Origin: an uncultured Pseudomonadales bacterium
GTDB lineage: Bacteria; Patescibacteriota; Microgenomatia; UBA1400; PJMF01
Reading direction: 5' to 3'
Length of the DNA stretch: 46,187 nucleotides
NCBI GenBank assembly: GCA_964586055.1
Contig: CAZPFX010000005.1
Coordinates: 2,946 to 49,132 of the forward strand
The notes beneath the pieces were generated by a model that saw only the letters and a list, made by a program, of their open reading frames with translations, was not told the origin of the DNA and searched no databases. Shown one piece after another: positions 8,373 to 18,205 of the stretch; the stretch's first letter is position 1; each line of letters starts with the position of its first letter. Made by a program: the position numbers and the translations under genes.

Positions 8373-10262
8373 TCATTGATCTTCTGAGTGAATAGTGAGC
8401 AATTTTATCCATTTTTGCATTTCATTAATTTTTTGATATTCTTCATGACTAAGTACCTCACAACTTGCCATCTTTTCAATTAATACTTCTATAGTCATTT
8501 TTCGGTCAGAGATCATTGCCAAAAACTCAGGACTGATATCGCCAGACCACCTTGTATACGGTAGAGCTTTGAAAATACCTCCTGTATTATGTTGACATTG
8601 AATTGTTCTGTCTATTATAACGACTGCTTCGCCAATAGATATGTTATCCGACCATATCTGCTCTCCACATTCAGCGATTATTTGCCAAGCTTTTCCGCCA
8701 AAATTATCTCCCCAATTTTGTTGAAAGACATACCTGGCTCTTCTGAAGAATAAACGAGCCTCCTCTGAATCGCTGTTGGAAAAAAAAATTTTTCCATATG
8801 GTAAATAAGCAATCTTGTCTGCACCAACTTTAGCTTGGAATCTCAGCTCATCTCTAACAATTTGATGCAAATAAAATCTAAGCTCACTTATTGCTTCAGC
8901 AATTGAATTTTGACAGAACTCTGTTAGTTCAGTAATTTTTCGCAGGTCTTCTCTTCTGATCTCTCTTGATAACATGCCATATAGATTGTTGACGCCCTCA
9001 GTTCTAGCTTTTTCAATAGTCATAAGTTCATTATGCATCTCTGCAGCAAGTATGAATCTAAAAACAAGTCTTCTAACATCAATTATGTGAAACGCACGCT
9101 CGCTGATGCTTTTGTTTTTATCAGCAGCTCTTTTCGCTATCTGTATTTCTATATTTCTAGAATCTATTTCAAAGTCATCAGGAATATTTTTGATGCATGA
9201 TATTGCTTCTTTACAAGTAGCGAAATTACCTTTTGTGTAATGCTGCCTAATTTTTACAAGAAGCAAATCATCTAGCTCATCTCTGCTCGTAACCAGCACT
9301 CCATCTCTGATTTTAATCCATCGACATAATGCGAGAAAGTTGTCTGTGTTGATAAAAAATTGAGTTAAATGGTTGTCTGAACCGAACTGCATTGCTGCAA
9401 GATTGATACTATCCAAGTAAGGAGTGCTAGGAAGGTATCCGATAAAGTACATAATTTTTGATCCCACTCTTTTTGCCAACATGTCAATATGACTTTCACT
9501 TAAATATTTACCAATGAAGTCAAGTTTTGACAAAATAAGATCAAATATCTCCACTTCGTCATCGGCTAATATTTCAGCACTTTTGAATATAAGATCTACT
9601 ACTTGTCCTTTCCCCAAGGTGCTTAATTGTTTGAAGTTATAATCAAGTGATTCTAGGGAAATTTTCCAGCCATGCCTATTTTTTCCAAGTGTTTTCGAAA
9701 AGATGCGGATAAAATTTTCCTCACTAAATTCAGCATTCGTCACAATTTGTAACTCCGGATATCCACTATTATTTTGTAAAAATTTTCGAATTGAATCTGG
9801 TGAAAATTTCATTGAATATCTTAGAATTGACTCTGTTGAGTCACCATATTTACCAAGAATTTGAATTAATAAATCATCGCTTAAATTAACGTATTCTCTG
9901 AAACTCAACAATTGATCAATCAGAGGAACCCTATCAAAGCCACTTTTGGGCTTAAATAAATCCTCAATTATTTGTCTAAAATCTTGTTTAGTCTTGGTGG
10001 CTGCTTTTAGGAAGACTGGGGTGGTAATTAGATAAGGATCTTCTTCAATTATCAGTCTCCAGAATTCTCGGCAATTAGAGTTTCCTGTAAAACTTTCCAT
10101 TAATGTTCTTCTTTGATTAGCTAGTCTTGAAAGTATTTCATCTGATCTTTCAACTATACGCCACCCATGCCCATTCTCAATTTGTGTTCTAACCTCACTA
10201 ATATTCAGTGGAAGTGAGAAAGGTGCGGCTTTCCTTTCCAGTTCAGTATTTTTTCCAATCAT
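8373..10262 (-). CDS. Hypothetical alpha-helical protein, 629 aa
   Basis: Long AT-rich ORF with no recognised family. C-terminal motif-like stretch YL..ELR...W...FGGKAW..I...ID.....HNTG. Confidence 0.75.
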   Translation of the reverse strand: MIGKNTELERKAAPFSLPLNISEVRTQIENGHGWRIVERSDEILSRLANQRRTLMESFTGNSNCREFWRLIIEEDPYLITTPVFLKAATKTKQDFRQIIEDLFKPKSGFDRVPLIDQLLSFREYVNLSDDLLIQILGKYGDSTESILRYSMKFSPDSIRKFLQNNSGYPELQIVTNAEFSEENFIRIFSKTLGKNRHGWKISLESLDYNFKQLSTLGKGQVVDLIFKSAEILADDEVEIFDLILSKLDFIGKYLSESHIDMLAKRVGSKIMYFIGYLPSTPYLDSINLAAMQFGSDNHLTQFFINTDNFLALCRWIKIRDGVLVTSRDELDDLLLVKIRQHYTKGNFATCKEAISCIKNIPDDFEIDSRNIEIQIAKRAADKNKSISERAFHIIDVRRLVFRFILAAEMHNELMTIEKARTEGVNNLYGMLSREIRREDLRKITELTEFCQNSIAEAISELRFYLHQIVRDELRFQAKVGADKIAYLPYGKIFFSNSDSEEARLFFRRARYVFQQNWGDNFGGKAWQIIAECGEQIWSDNISIGEAVVIIDRTIQCQHNTGGIFKALPYTRWSGDISPEFLAMISDRKMTIEVLIEKMASCEVLSHEEYQKINEMQKWIKLLTIHSEDQ

Positions 10263-10293
10263 ATAATTTCTTTACTAAAGTTATTTGAATTTA

Positions 10294-11319
10294 TTACGTC
10301 ACCAACTTTTTTAAGATTCTAAATTTCATCAGAAATAAAATGATGAGGAAGCTTGTCGCAGTGATTATAGTCCAGTGAGCGATGTTGCCCTGGAGTAAAC
10401 CTATTAAGTTTGGATGAAAGATGATTTTTTCGATTTCTAGAATCACGCCGTGAATTAGAAAGACACCAAAGCTGGCTTTAGCTAACACAGCTAAAATGCT
10501 CTTAAGTTTCTGGGACATTTTTACAAAATATTTTTCGAAGTATTGGAAGAGTAGGAAAACACTCATGGAGGAAATGACTATGAGCGGTGCGAAATATGAC
10601 ATGAAGATTGAGTTCGTGTCTTGGCTACTTTGTACCAAGGCGAAAGTCCAGAGGATTGTGGCAATGGTAGTAAATGAGGTGAGAACAAATGTTTTCTTGG
10701 TGAGTTTTATTTTAGTTAATAACCAGCCGGTCAGCATGTAGCCACTGTAGTAAATGGTCTGTCTGACCAAGCCATTATCGACCGAGATTGGGAACGCCAT
10801 CGTGTTTCTGAGGTACGGGAGAAAGCTAACAGCCAGGAACCACAGAGATACAAGGTAAGCCACATGTCTTTTGCCACCCTCTTTGACGATAATTCGAAAG
10901 GTGGGTACCAGTAGGTAAAGACAAAAGATCATGGGAATAAAGGTAAATTTGGCGGAAAGTATTTCTGTGTATGTTCTTAGCGACTCCAACGGTGCGGGAA
11001 AATTTATCCCGTTAGTGATGATGAATAAAACCAGTGCCCAAAATAACCAAGGTCTAATGATTCTTTGAATTCTTTTATTAAAGAAAGTGCTGGCAGCTTC
11101 TTTTTTTGGCAATAGCAAAGCGCCGCTGATCATTACAAAAAGTGGTACCGCAGTGCTGGCAAGGGTGATCAATAAGAATGAGCTCGATTCTGCAATTCCG
11201 TTTCCAGTTGGGAGTTTAAAAGTGTGCAAGAGAACGACGAGCGAAATCGAAAAAATACGAAGTACGTCTGCCCAAACAAGATGGTTGGAAGCTAAGCTTT
11301 TACTACTAATTGATTTCAT
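10294..11319 (-). CDS. Acyltransferase 3 family membrane O-acyltransferase
   Basis: WADVLRIFSISLVVLLH, AVPLFVMISGALL, KRIQRI, SFGVFLIH; about 10 TM helices. Confidence 0.88.
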   Translation of the reverse strand: MKSISSKSLASNHLVWADVLRIFSISLVVLLHTFKLPTGNGIAESSSFLLITLASTAVPLFVMISGALLLPKKEAASTFFNKRIQRIIRPWLFWALVLFIITNGINFPAPLESLRTYTEILSAKFTFIPMIFCLYLLVPTFRIIVKEGGKRHVAYLVSLWFLAVSFLPYLRNTMAFPISVDNGLVRQTIYYSGYMLTGWLLTKIKLTKKTFVLTSFTTIATILWTFALVQSSQDTNSIFMSYFAPLIVISSMSVFLLFQYFEKYFVKMSQKLKSILAVLAKASFGVFLIHGVILEIEKIIFHPNLIGLLQGNIAHWTIITATSFLIILFLMKFRILKKLVT

Positions 11320-12877
11320 AAAGATTTACTGCATCGTTTTTAAAGACGCTTTTGAGAAACGGGTAATTGACTTCCCCCTCTTCTCTACCAGCATAAACAT
11401 ACTGAATATTATTATCAACTAAAAATTTCTTGGCCTCTTCCTCGCTCATCTCTCCAGAATAAAATTGGTTAATTTTTTCTTGTTTCTCTTCAGCTTTTGG
11501 AGTTTGTAACAAATGCCCAAAGTAGACGCGGGAGTTGGTGTTGGCGGGAATTTGATTTCCCATGTAATAAAAAGTAAGAATTGTCGAGTCTGGAGGCAAC
11601 TCATCACGAATAAAATTCAAAGTGGATCGTTCAGAATTTGACATGTAGTACCAAGGATTTTCATTCTTTATGTCTTTAATTCTCTCAGTGAAGATTTGGA
11701 TGCTGGTCATGGAGACTAGTAGTAATAAGTTTCCAAGTAAAAGGTTTTTGGCAGCCACCCTCTCTTTGGGAAAGTAGCGCTGGCTTAGATATCTGACTGT
11801 GAAAACAGCCAAAAGAGCCAAGGGCACATAAAGTCCCCTAAGGAAAAATCTAGAAAGACCAATGGGTATTAGTGATAGAGAAAAAGAACAAAGCACCCAG
11901 ATGCTTAAAAAAGTTTGGATTCTTGTTTTGTTTTTAATGAAAATAAGTTGATAAATAAATAAAATTAGTATTAGCCCGTAGCCAAAGATAAAAGATAAAA
12001 TACTTGGGTGAGAAAGAGATTGAGAAACTACGCTGGAAAAACTTGAATTCTCACCTAGGTTTAAAGCCATGCCAAGAACGGCGGTAATTCCAAGAAAAAT
12101 CGTCAGTATCCAAGTTTGCCACTCTCGATTTTTAAAGCTTAATTGACCATAAGTTATCCAAAGATAAATCCCAGTAGTCAGGAAGTAGATAGCAATATTG
12201 TAAGGATAAAAAATTAATGAAATTACAAGACTTATCTGCGCTGCTATTTGCCAACGGATTTGCTTTTTTTCAAGCCAAAAATAAAAGCCAAAAAGAGCAA
12301 GAAAGAAAGCTGATAAAGCGACGCCTTCATGAGCTCTCTGAAAAGCGCTATGGAGTGTTATCGAGGTCATTGTGGCATCGATAGAATCTTGACCGATGTG
12401 AATAAGAAATCCAAGGCCGCCGCCCAAAGACATAATCAGAACAGCGATTAAGCTATCTTTTCTGCGATCTAATATTTTCTTTGTTGAGAATGCCAGCGTT
12501 CCGACTAGAAGAAATGTGATCGCAGAAGCAAAAGCATGGAATAAGAAAAATGGATTAGTTTTAGGAAAAACCATTCCAATAGTTGTGTAAACTGGGTAAT
12601 AAAATATTGGGTGATTCGGCTGAGAAGTATAAGTATTCTCCAAAAGAAAGCTATGATGTTGACCCCAGCTGATTGCTGAGACATAGACATTTATATCCCA
12701 GGGATCGAACCACGATGCTTGGCCTGTGAAAGACATGCCTTCGGGAGTTTGTTTCATTGCTAGCCAATTTGGAAATGAGTTGAGAAAAATAACTATGGTA
12801 CTGATAAAAATTATGCTTAGAATTGAAATGATATTTTTGTGAAAGAAGTTTTTCAATTTGGCTCCGGATAGGTCCAA
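11306..12877 (-). CDS. Polytopic membrane protein, probable GT-C fold glycosyltransferase (start may be TTG 12856)
   Basis: Many TM segments, luminal D.NVY.S motif, soluble C-terminal IPA...VYFGH...FLVDNNIQYVY domain; sits in a glycosylation cluster. Confidence 0.65.
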   Translation of the reverse strand: MDLSGAKLKNFFHKNIISILSIIFISTIVIFLNSFPNWLAMKQTPEGMSFTGQASWFDPWDINVYVSAISWGQHHSFLLENTYTSQPNHPIFYYPVYTTIGMVFPKTNPFFLFHAFASAITFLLVGTLAFSTKKILDRRKDSLIAVLIMSLGGGLGFLIHIGQDSIDATMTSITLHSAFQRAHEGVALSAFFLALFGFYFWLEKKQIRWQIAAQISLVISLIFYPYNIAIYFLTTGIYLWITYGQLSFKNREWQTWILTIFLGITAVLGMALNLGENSSFSSVVSQSLSHPSILSFIFGYGLILILFIYQLIFIKNKTRIQTFLSIWVLCSFSLSLIPIGLSRFFLRGLYVPLALLAVFTVRYLSQRYFPKERVAAKNLLLGNLLLLVSMTSIQIFTERIKDIKNENPWYYMSNSERSTLNFIRDELPPDSTILTFYYMGNQIPANTNSRVYFGHLLQTPKAEEKQEKINQFYSGEMSEEEAKKFLVDNNIQYVYAGREEGEVNYPFLKSVFKNDAVNLYEIN

Positions 12878-14364
12878 AACTTTGCGTTTTCTGGGGAGAA
12901 TTCTTTTCTCTCATTCACGGGAAGTAGTTTAATAACTTGCAAAGAATAGCCTCCGCTATCAGTTCGTATCGTCTCTACAGATTCGACATTTTCACTATAG
13001 TATTCGTACAAATGAATATTGGCGGCGATCGAGAGAACTACATAGTCAGTCTCATCTAGAATTTTGTTGTAGACATCTTTATCTATCGGTTCTGTTGGGG
13101 GCGAGTTTGGCGTTTCTCTTAGATCCAAGTCATGGCGATTCTTGATCAGATAAAAATAAGGGTCTGGAATACTGCTTAGAAGAACGCGAGAATTTAGCGG
13201 TAGCGCGTCTGAAACTTTTGCTGAAAGGGGCGTGTACTGCGATCTGTTAATTGCCGATTCTTGTAGGGTCCTGAAGTAAATGAAAGAATTTGGGAGAAAT
13301 AGTATGGGCAATAATACAAGCGCCAATACTTGCTTCTTTTTCCAAAGCCAAAATATATTATCGGTTGCAGTCAAAGCCCCAAAAATTGGAATGTATATTA
13401 CGTACCACATTTCCTTGAGAAGAATGGCTAAAGTAGTGCTAATTATGGTCAGAAAGAAAAGTAATCTGTATTTGGTTTCTGATAGTCTCTTTGTCACTAC
13501 AGTTCTTATAAGATAAGCAACATTTGAAATGAGATATACGAGCAACACCCAGCGTTGCTCTGGTGAAAACTGCAGTAAGCGCCAGACATATATATCACTG
13601 AACTCTTTTCGATGCATTTGTAGCTGATTCTGTAGAAGGAAACTATTCCAGTCGGGAGAGACGCTTATTAGCCATAGAGATATTCCTACGAGTGATGGAG
13701 TTGTGAGAATTAAAAGACCAGTAATTTTCTTTTTTAGAGTTGTATTTAAAAATAAAATATTTAGACCAATTGGAATAGCAAAGATTATTCCCGTCGGATG
13801 AGTTAGGCATGACAAAGCAATAAGTACACCACTTAAGAGGTTAAAAAGATGGCGCTTTTGTTCAAGAAAGTGGAGGTGAAGTACGATTGAGACAACACCT
13901 AGGACGATTGTCAAGATCTCCATTCTTCCCACCATAGATGCTATTTGAAAATAGTGATCTAAAATTAGAAAAAGCATCGTCAGAACGCCAGCCCATCTCC
14001 AACCCGTAATTTTTTTTGAGATTAGAAAAACGCACGGAAGAATGATAAGGGCCAAAAGGAGTGAAAAAATTCTCATACTTAGAATACTGGCGCCGAAGAC
14101 TTTGAAAAATGGCACTAATGAATAAAAGTAAATTGGTGGATACCAAAAAGCTTTAATTTCTACACTGGGAATAAAGTCTCTAAAAAGTGTGGTGCTCAAT
14201 TTGCTTCCGGCCATAAGTCTTGATGTCATATCAAAGTAAATAGCTTCATCCATGAATGGGGCAAATTTCGTAAATAAAAGTAGAAGGGAGCTGAATATGA
14301 AGAATACAAATATGAAGACAGCCACTACCTTTGGTGAAACTGAGAAGTCACTTTCGATCTTCAT
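12853..14364 (-). CDS. GT39/PMT_2 (ArnT-like) GT-C glycosyltransferase
   Basis: DEAIY, YPPIYFY, RIFS, R.E, LTHPTG motifs. ATG 14364 overlaps the upstream stop (ATGA). Confidence 0.82.
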   Translation of the reverse strand: MKIESDFSVSPKVVAVFIFVFFIFSSLLLLFTKFAPFMDEAIYFDMTSRLMAGSKLSTTLFRDFIPSVEIKAFWYPPIYFYSLVPFFKVFGASILSMRIFSLLLALIILPCVFLISKKITGWRWAGVLTMLFLILDHYFQIASMVGRMEILTIVLGVVSIVLHLHFLEQKRHLFNLLSGVLIALSCLTHPTGIIFAIPIGLNILFLNTTLKKKITGLLILTTPSLVGISLWLISVSPDWNSFLLQNQLQMHRKEFSDIYVWRLLQFSPEQRWVLLVYLISNVAYLIRTVVTKRLSETKYRLLFFLTIISTTLAILLKEMWYVIYIPIFGALTATDNIFWLWKKKQVLALVLLPILFLPNSFIYFRTLQESAINRSQYTPLSAKVSDALPLNSRVLLSSIPDPYFYLIKNRHDLDLRETPNSPPTEPIDKDVYNKILDETDYVVLSIAANIHLYEYYSENVESVETIRTDSGGYSLQVIKLLPVNERKEFSPENAKFWTYPEPN

Positions 14365-15074
14365 AGATACTTCCACCAAATATTGGTCAAGTCCTTAATG
14401 CTTTGGATTATGAGTTTGAAATTAGTATTTGAAACCCCAGCCGTTCGGTTCGGAAAGTGAGATGGAATTTCTAAATATTTAAATCCTTTTTTTGTTAGCA
14501 AGGCGGTTGTTTCTGCTAAGACTAGGTAGTTTTTGGTCACAAGCTTGGTTTCCAGCAGTGCTTCGATTGCTGCTACGGGATAGGCTCTGTAGCCATTTGT
14601 ATTATCTGACAGAGGACTTTCAAGAATTAGGCGAATGGAGGAGTTGGATAAATAACTAAAAATTGTTCTAAATTTTGACCAACTAGTGATGCTAGAACCT
14701 GATAGGTAGCGCGAAGCGCAGACCACGGTGGTTGGAGTGATCTTGCTTATCATGGCTGGTAGAAGCTCTGGTTCGTGGGAGTGATCAGCATCCATTTCGA
14801 TAAAAACCTTGCTTAATAATTTTTCATGAGCGAAACGGAAGCCTCTCAGTGCGGCCGCTCCCCGACCCTGTTTTCCAGTTCCACGAACCAAGCTGACATT
14901 ATTTTCTTTAGCAAAGTTTTCCTCTACAATTTTTGCAGTGCCGTCTGGTGAGTTGTCATCGACGATTACAACTTGGGCGCCAGGAACTACTTGAAGGATC
15001 TCTTTAACAAGTGATGAAATATTTTCTGCCTCATTAAACGTCGGAATGATAATGGCGACGTGAGAATACTTCAT
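14361..15074 (-). CDS. GT2 polyprenol-phosphate glycosyltransferase (Dpm1/Ppm1-like)
   Basis: IIPTFNEAENI, VDDNSPDGT, MDADHSH, SRY, D.TNGYR. Confidence 0.92.
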   Translation of the reverse strand: MKYSHVAIIIPTFNEAENISSLVKEILQVVPGAQVVIVDDNSPDGTAKIVEENFAKENNVSLVRGTGKQGRGAAALRGFRFAHEKLLSKVFIEMDADHSHEPELLPAMISKITPTTVVCASRYLSGSSITSWSKFRTIFSYLSNSSIRLILESPLSDNTNGYRAYPVAAIEALLETKLVTKNYLVLAETTALLTKKGFKYLEIPSHFPNRTAGVSNTNFKLIIQSIKDLTNIWWKYL

Positions 15075-16261
15075 CTGAAAAATTCATGAATAGTTTCTGG
15101 GAGATATTTCAGGTCTGATCGACTTAGGTCTTGATGCATGCCAAAATAACAGCCAGCTTTAGTGCAGTACTCTGCAATTGGGAGATTTTCTTGAGAAAAG
15201 CTGAGGTTTTTATAGACAGGCTGGCCTAGAATTGGCAGCAGTGGTCTCGTCTCAATACCCCTAGCTTCTAGGTGGAGCATGAATTTTTCGAGCGACCAGC
15301 TTGGATTTTTCAAAGTATGCGGGGTTAACAATATGGGAAAAGCTAGTAGCGTGTAGTCTTGATCTTTTTCGAATTTTGGCAATTGTAAAAATTGGTCCAA
15401 ATCTGAAAGCTTCTTCATTAAATACTCTGTATTTTTTTGCCTTTTATTAAGAATTTTGTCAATGTCTTCTAGCTGGGAAAGTCCTACGGCAGCCTCAAAC
15501 TCTGATAAGCGATAACTGTAGCCAAGGTGTTCAAAAGAAAATCTAGCTTGAATTAAAGATGCTAGCTCTTTTTTTGTTGCCTTGTCATCGTCGTCGATAG
15601 AAAGATAACTAGTGTTTCGGCCGTGATTGATTAAACTTTGCATCAGTTCAGCCAGCGAGGAGTCATTCGTAGTTATAATTCCTCCAATGCCAGTAGCGAT
15701 GAGATGGGCTGAGTAAGTAGAAAAGGCGCTAGCGATACCAAAGCTTCCCACCTTTTTCCCCTGATGAGAGGCGGCTAAGGCCTCACAACAGTCTTCAATG
15801 ATTAAAAGCTTATGTTTCTTGGCTATACCAACTATCTTATCCATTTCAGCGGGCCTACCAAATACATGGACAGGAATAATGGCGCGGGTTTTTTTGTTTA
15901 TTTTTTTTTCGAGAAGGCTTGGATCCATGTTGAAAGATGACTGATCTACGTCGACTAAAACGGGCTTGAGTCCAATCTGGATAACGACATTGATAGTAGC
16001 AACGAAAGTCACCGCAGGAACAATAATTTCATCCCCGTCATGCCATTTGTATCGAATTTTCAGAGCAGTGAGAATTGTGTGCAGGGCCGCAGTGCCACTG
16101 TTGCAAACAATACCTTGGGTGCACTCATGAAGCTTAGCGAACTCATGCTCAAATTTTTGACAAAATGGTCCGTAACTAAGCCGCTTGGTTTTAAGAACTT
16201 CAGAAACATAGCGCTTAGTCTTGGCAGAAATATAAACTGATCCTAAAGGCACATTTTGCAT
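15071..16261 (-). CDS. DegT/DnrJ/EryC1/StrS-family PLP enzyme with His at the Schiff-base position (ColD/E1 dehydratase-like)
   Basis: NSGTAAL, VPAVTFVAT, EDCCEA, FSTYSAHLIATGIGG, GYSYR, GIETRP. Confidence 0.88.
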   Translation of the reverse strand: MQNVPLGSVYISAKTKRYVSEVLKTKRLSYGPFCQKFEHEFAKLHECTQGIVCNSGTAALHTILTALKIRYKWHDGDEIIVPAVTFVATINVVIQIGLKPVLVDVDQSSFNMDPSLLEKKINKKTRAIIPVHVFGRPAEMDKIVGIAKKHKLLIIEDCCEALAASHQGKKVGSFGIASAFSTYSAHLIATGIGGIITTNDSSLAELMQSLINHGRNTSYLSIDDDDKATKKELASLIQARFSFEHLGYSYRLSEFEAAVGLSQLEDIDKILNKRQKNTEYLMKKLSDLDQFLQLPKFEKDQDYTLLAFPILLTPHTLKNPSWSLEKFMLHLEARGIETRPLLPILGQPVYKNLSFSQENLPIAEYCTKAGCYFGMHQDLSRSDLKYLPETIHEFFR

Positions 16262-16313
16262 TAGAAGTTATAGTACCGCTAGTTGGTAGGGTTGACTACG
16301 TGGAGTTGGTTAG

Positions 16314-17504
16314 TTATTCGTAGCGCAAAGCGTCGATGGGATTAAGCTTGGCTGCTTGGCTAGCAGGATAGTAGCCAAAGAGGATGCCGACGCCGATAGA
16401 TACTCCACACGACAAGAGAATTGAGGATGCCTCAACAACGAATGGAATGCCCATGGCGTTAGATGCGATGTAAGACACCGCCATGCCGATGAGAATACCA
16501 ATAATACCCCCGCTTATAGTAAGAACGATTGCTTCAATCAAGAATTGAGCCAGGATATTTTTGTTTTTTGCGCCAAGGGCCTTGAGAAGACCAATTTCTT
16601 TTGTTCGTTCAGTAACGGTCACTAGCATGATGTTCATAATGCCGATGCCACCGACGACGAGTGAGATGGCAGCGATTCCAGATAAAAGTGCGGTAAGAGT
16701 GCCAGTGACAGTGCTGATGGTGTCTATAAAGCTTTGTGAGTTGCGGACGTTAAAATCAATGGCTTCAACATCAGTAATGTTATGGTTGTCCATGAGTAAG
16801 GCTTCAATGTCATCGGTGGCTGTATCAATAAGCTCTGTCTCTGAAACTAGAACACTAATGCTATCTAGATAGGTTTGTCCAAATAAAAGAGTTTGGCCCG
16901 TCGTAATGGGAATGTATGCAGAGCTGCTGTCCGTCAATACACCAACAACCTGAAAAACTATGCCGTCGATTCTTACTGTTTTTCCAATCACGTACTCATT
17001 CGCCTCTTCGCCGAAGAGTTCTTCAACAATTTCATCGCCTAGAACCACGTCTTTGGAAGAAATAAGCACACTGTCTTCATCGAAAAATTTTCCAGTGGTA
17101 AAGTCGAGCGAATTAATTTCAGAGTAACTAGCATCAACTCCAGAAATTTGAGCAGACGTTGCTTCACTATTTGCAGTGATTGTTTTATTTTTCCCTGCCA
17201 TTCGACTAACTGAAAGTACATTCACTAGTTTCTCAATATCCTCTGCATCGGAACTAACCAGAGTTGTAACAGTGCTACTGCTTTGGCCAGGACCATGCCT
17301 AAGTTTTCCTGGAGAGATAGTGAGGACGTTGACGCCAAAGGAGCTAATATCGCTGACGATAGAGGCAGTTGATCCTGCTCCAAGAGACATAATGATGATC
17401 ACTGAGGCAATGCCGATGATAATGCCAGACATTGTTAGAAGTGTCCGCGCAATATTTCGTCGCAACGCTTGGAAGGCAAGTAGTAGTAGCTCGTCAATTT
17501 CCAT
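16314..17504 (-). CDS. MacB/FtsX-like ABC transporter permease
   Basis: RTLLTMSGIIIGIASV; ISLVVGGIGIMNIMLVTVTERTKEIG; PASQAAKLNPIDALRYE. Confidence 0.94.
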   Translation of the reverse strand: MEIDELLLLAFQALRRNIARTLLTMSGIIIGIASVIIIMSLGAGSTASIVSDISSFGVNVLTISPGKLRHGPGQSSSTVTTLVSSDAEDIEKLVNVLSVSRMAGKNKTITANSEATSAQISGVDASYSEINSLDFTTGKFFDEDSVLISSKDVVLGDEIVEELFGEEANEYVIGKTVRIDGIVFQVVGVLTDSSSAYIPITTGQTLLFGQTYLDSISVLVSETELIDTATDDIEALLMDNHNITDVEAIDFNVRNSQSFIDTISTVTGTLTALLSGIAAISLVVGGIGIMNIMLVTVTERTKEIGLLKALGAKNKNILAQFLIEAIVLTISGGIIGILIGMAVSYIASNAMGIPFVVEASSILLSCGVSIGVGILFGYYPASQAAKLNPIDALRYE

Positions 17505-17506
17505 CT

Positions 17507-18205
17507 TTATTTCTTTGTATTCTTATCGCTTACCAACTCACCGTCTTGAAGCTTGATAACTCTTTTGCCAAAGTTTGCAATATCCTGTTCGTGAGTAATG
17601 ACAATTATGGTGGCACCTTGTTTATTCAGTTTGACTAATGTGTCCATGATTTCGTGAGCTGTGATAGAGTCTAGATTTCCAGTTGGCTCGTCGGCCAAAA
17701 TAATGCTTGGATTCATAACCAAAGCTCTGGCGATAGCGACTCTTTGAATTTGTCCGCCCGACAAATGGTTTGAAAGGTTGTGAGCCTTATCCTCTAGATT
17801 TACCAATTTTAGTTTTTCCATCGCTCTCTGCTCTCTCAACTTCTTGTCAACATTGGCATACATCATTGGTCTTTTGACATTCTCGAGTACGGTGGTGCGA
17901 GCTAACAAATTAAATGATTGAAAAACAAAGCCAATTTCTTGATTGCGAATTTCGGCCAGCTCGTCACTATCATACTTACTAATATTTTTATTTTTAAGCA
18001 AATACTCACCCGTTGTGGGTACGTCTAGTGCTCCCATGATATTCATGACCGTAGATTTTCCGCTACCGGATGGACCCATGATGCTGAGGAAGTCTCCTGG
18101 GAAAATGCTAAAACTCACGCCTTTTAGAGCCTGGTACTTAATGGGTCCGGTGACGTATGTTTTAGTGATATTTTTGAACTCAATGAGAGGCTTTTTTTTT
18201 GACAT
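17507..18205 (-). CDS. MacB/LolD-like ABC transporter ATP-binding protein
   Basis: GPSGSGKST, GFVFQSFNL, LSGGQIQRVAIARAL, ADEPTGNLD. Confidence 0.95.
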   Translation of the reverse strand: MSKKKPLIEFKNITKTYVTGPIKYQALKGVSFSIFPGDFLSIMGPSGSGKSTVMNIMGALDVPTTGEYLLKNKNISKYDSDELAEIRNQEIGFVFQSFNLLARTTVLENVKRPMMYANVDKKLREQRAMEKLKLVNLEDKAHNLSNHLSGGQIQRVAIARALVMNPSIILADEPTGNLDSITAHEIMDTLVKLNKQGATIIVITHEQDIANFGKRVIKLQDGELVSDKNTKK

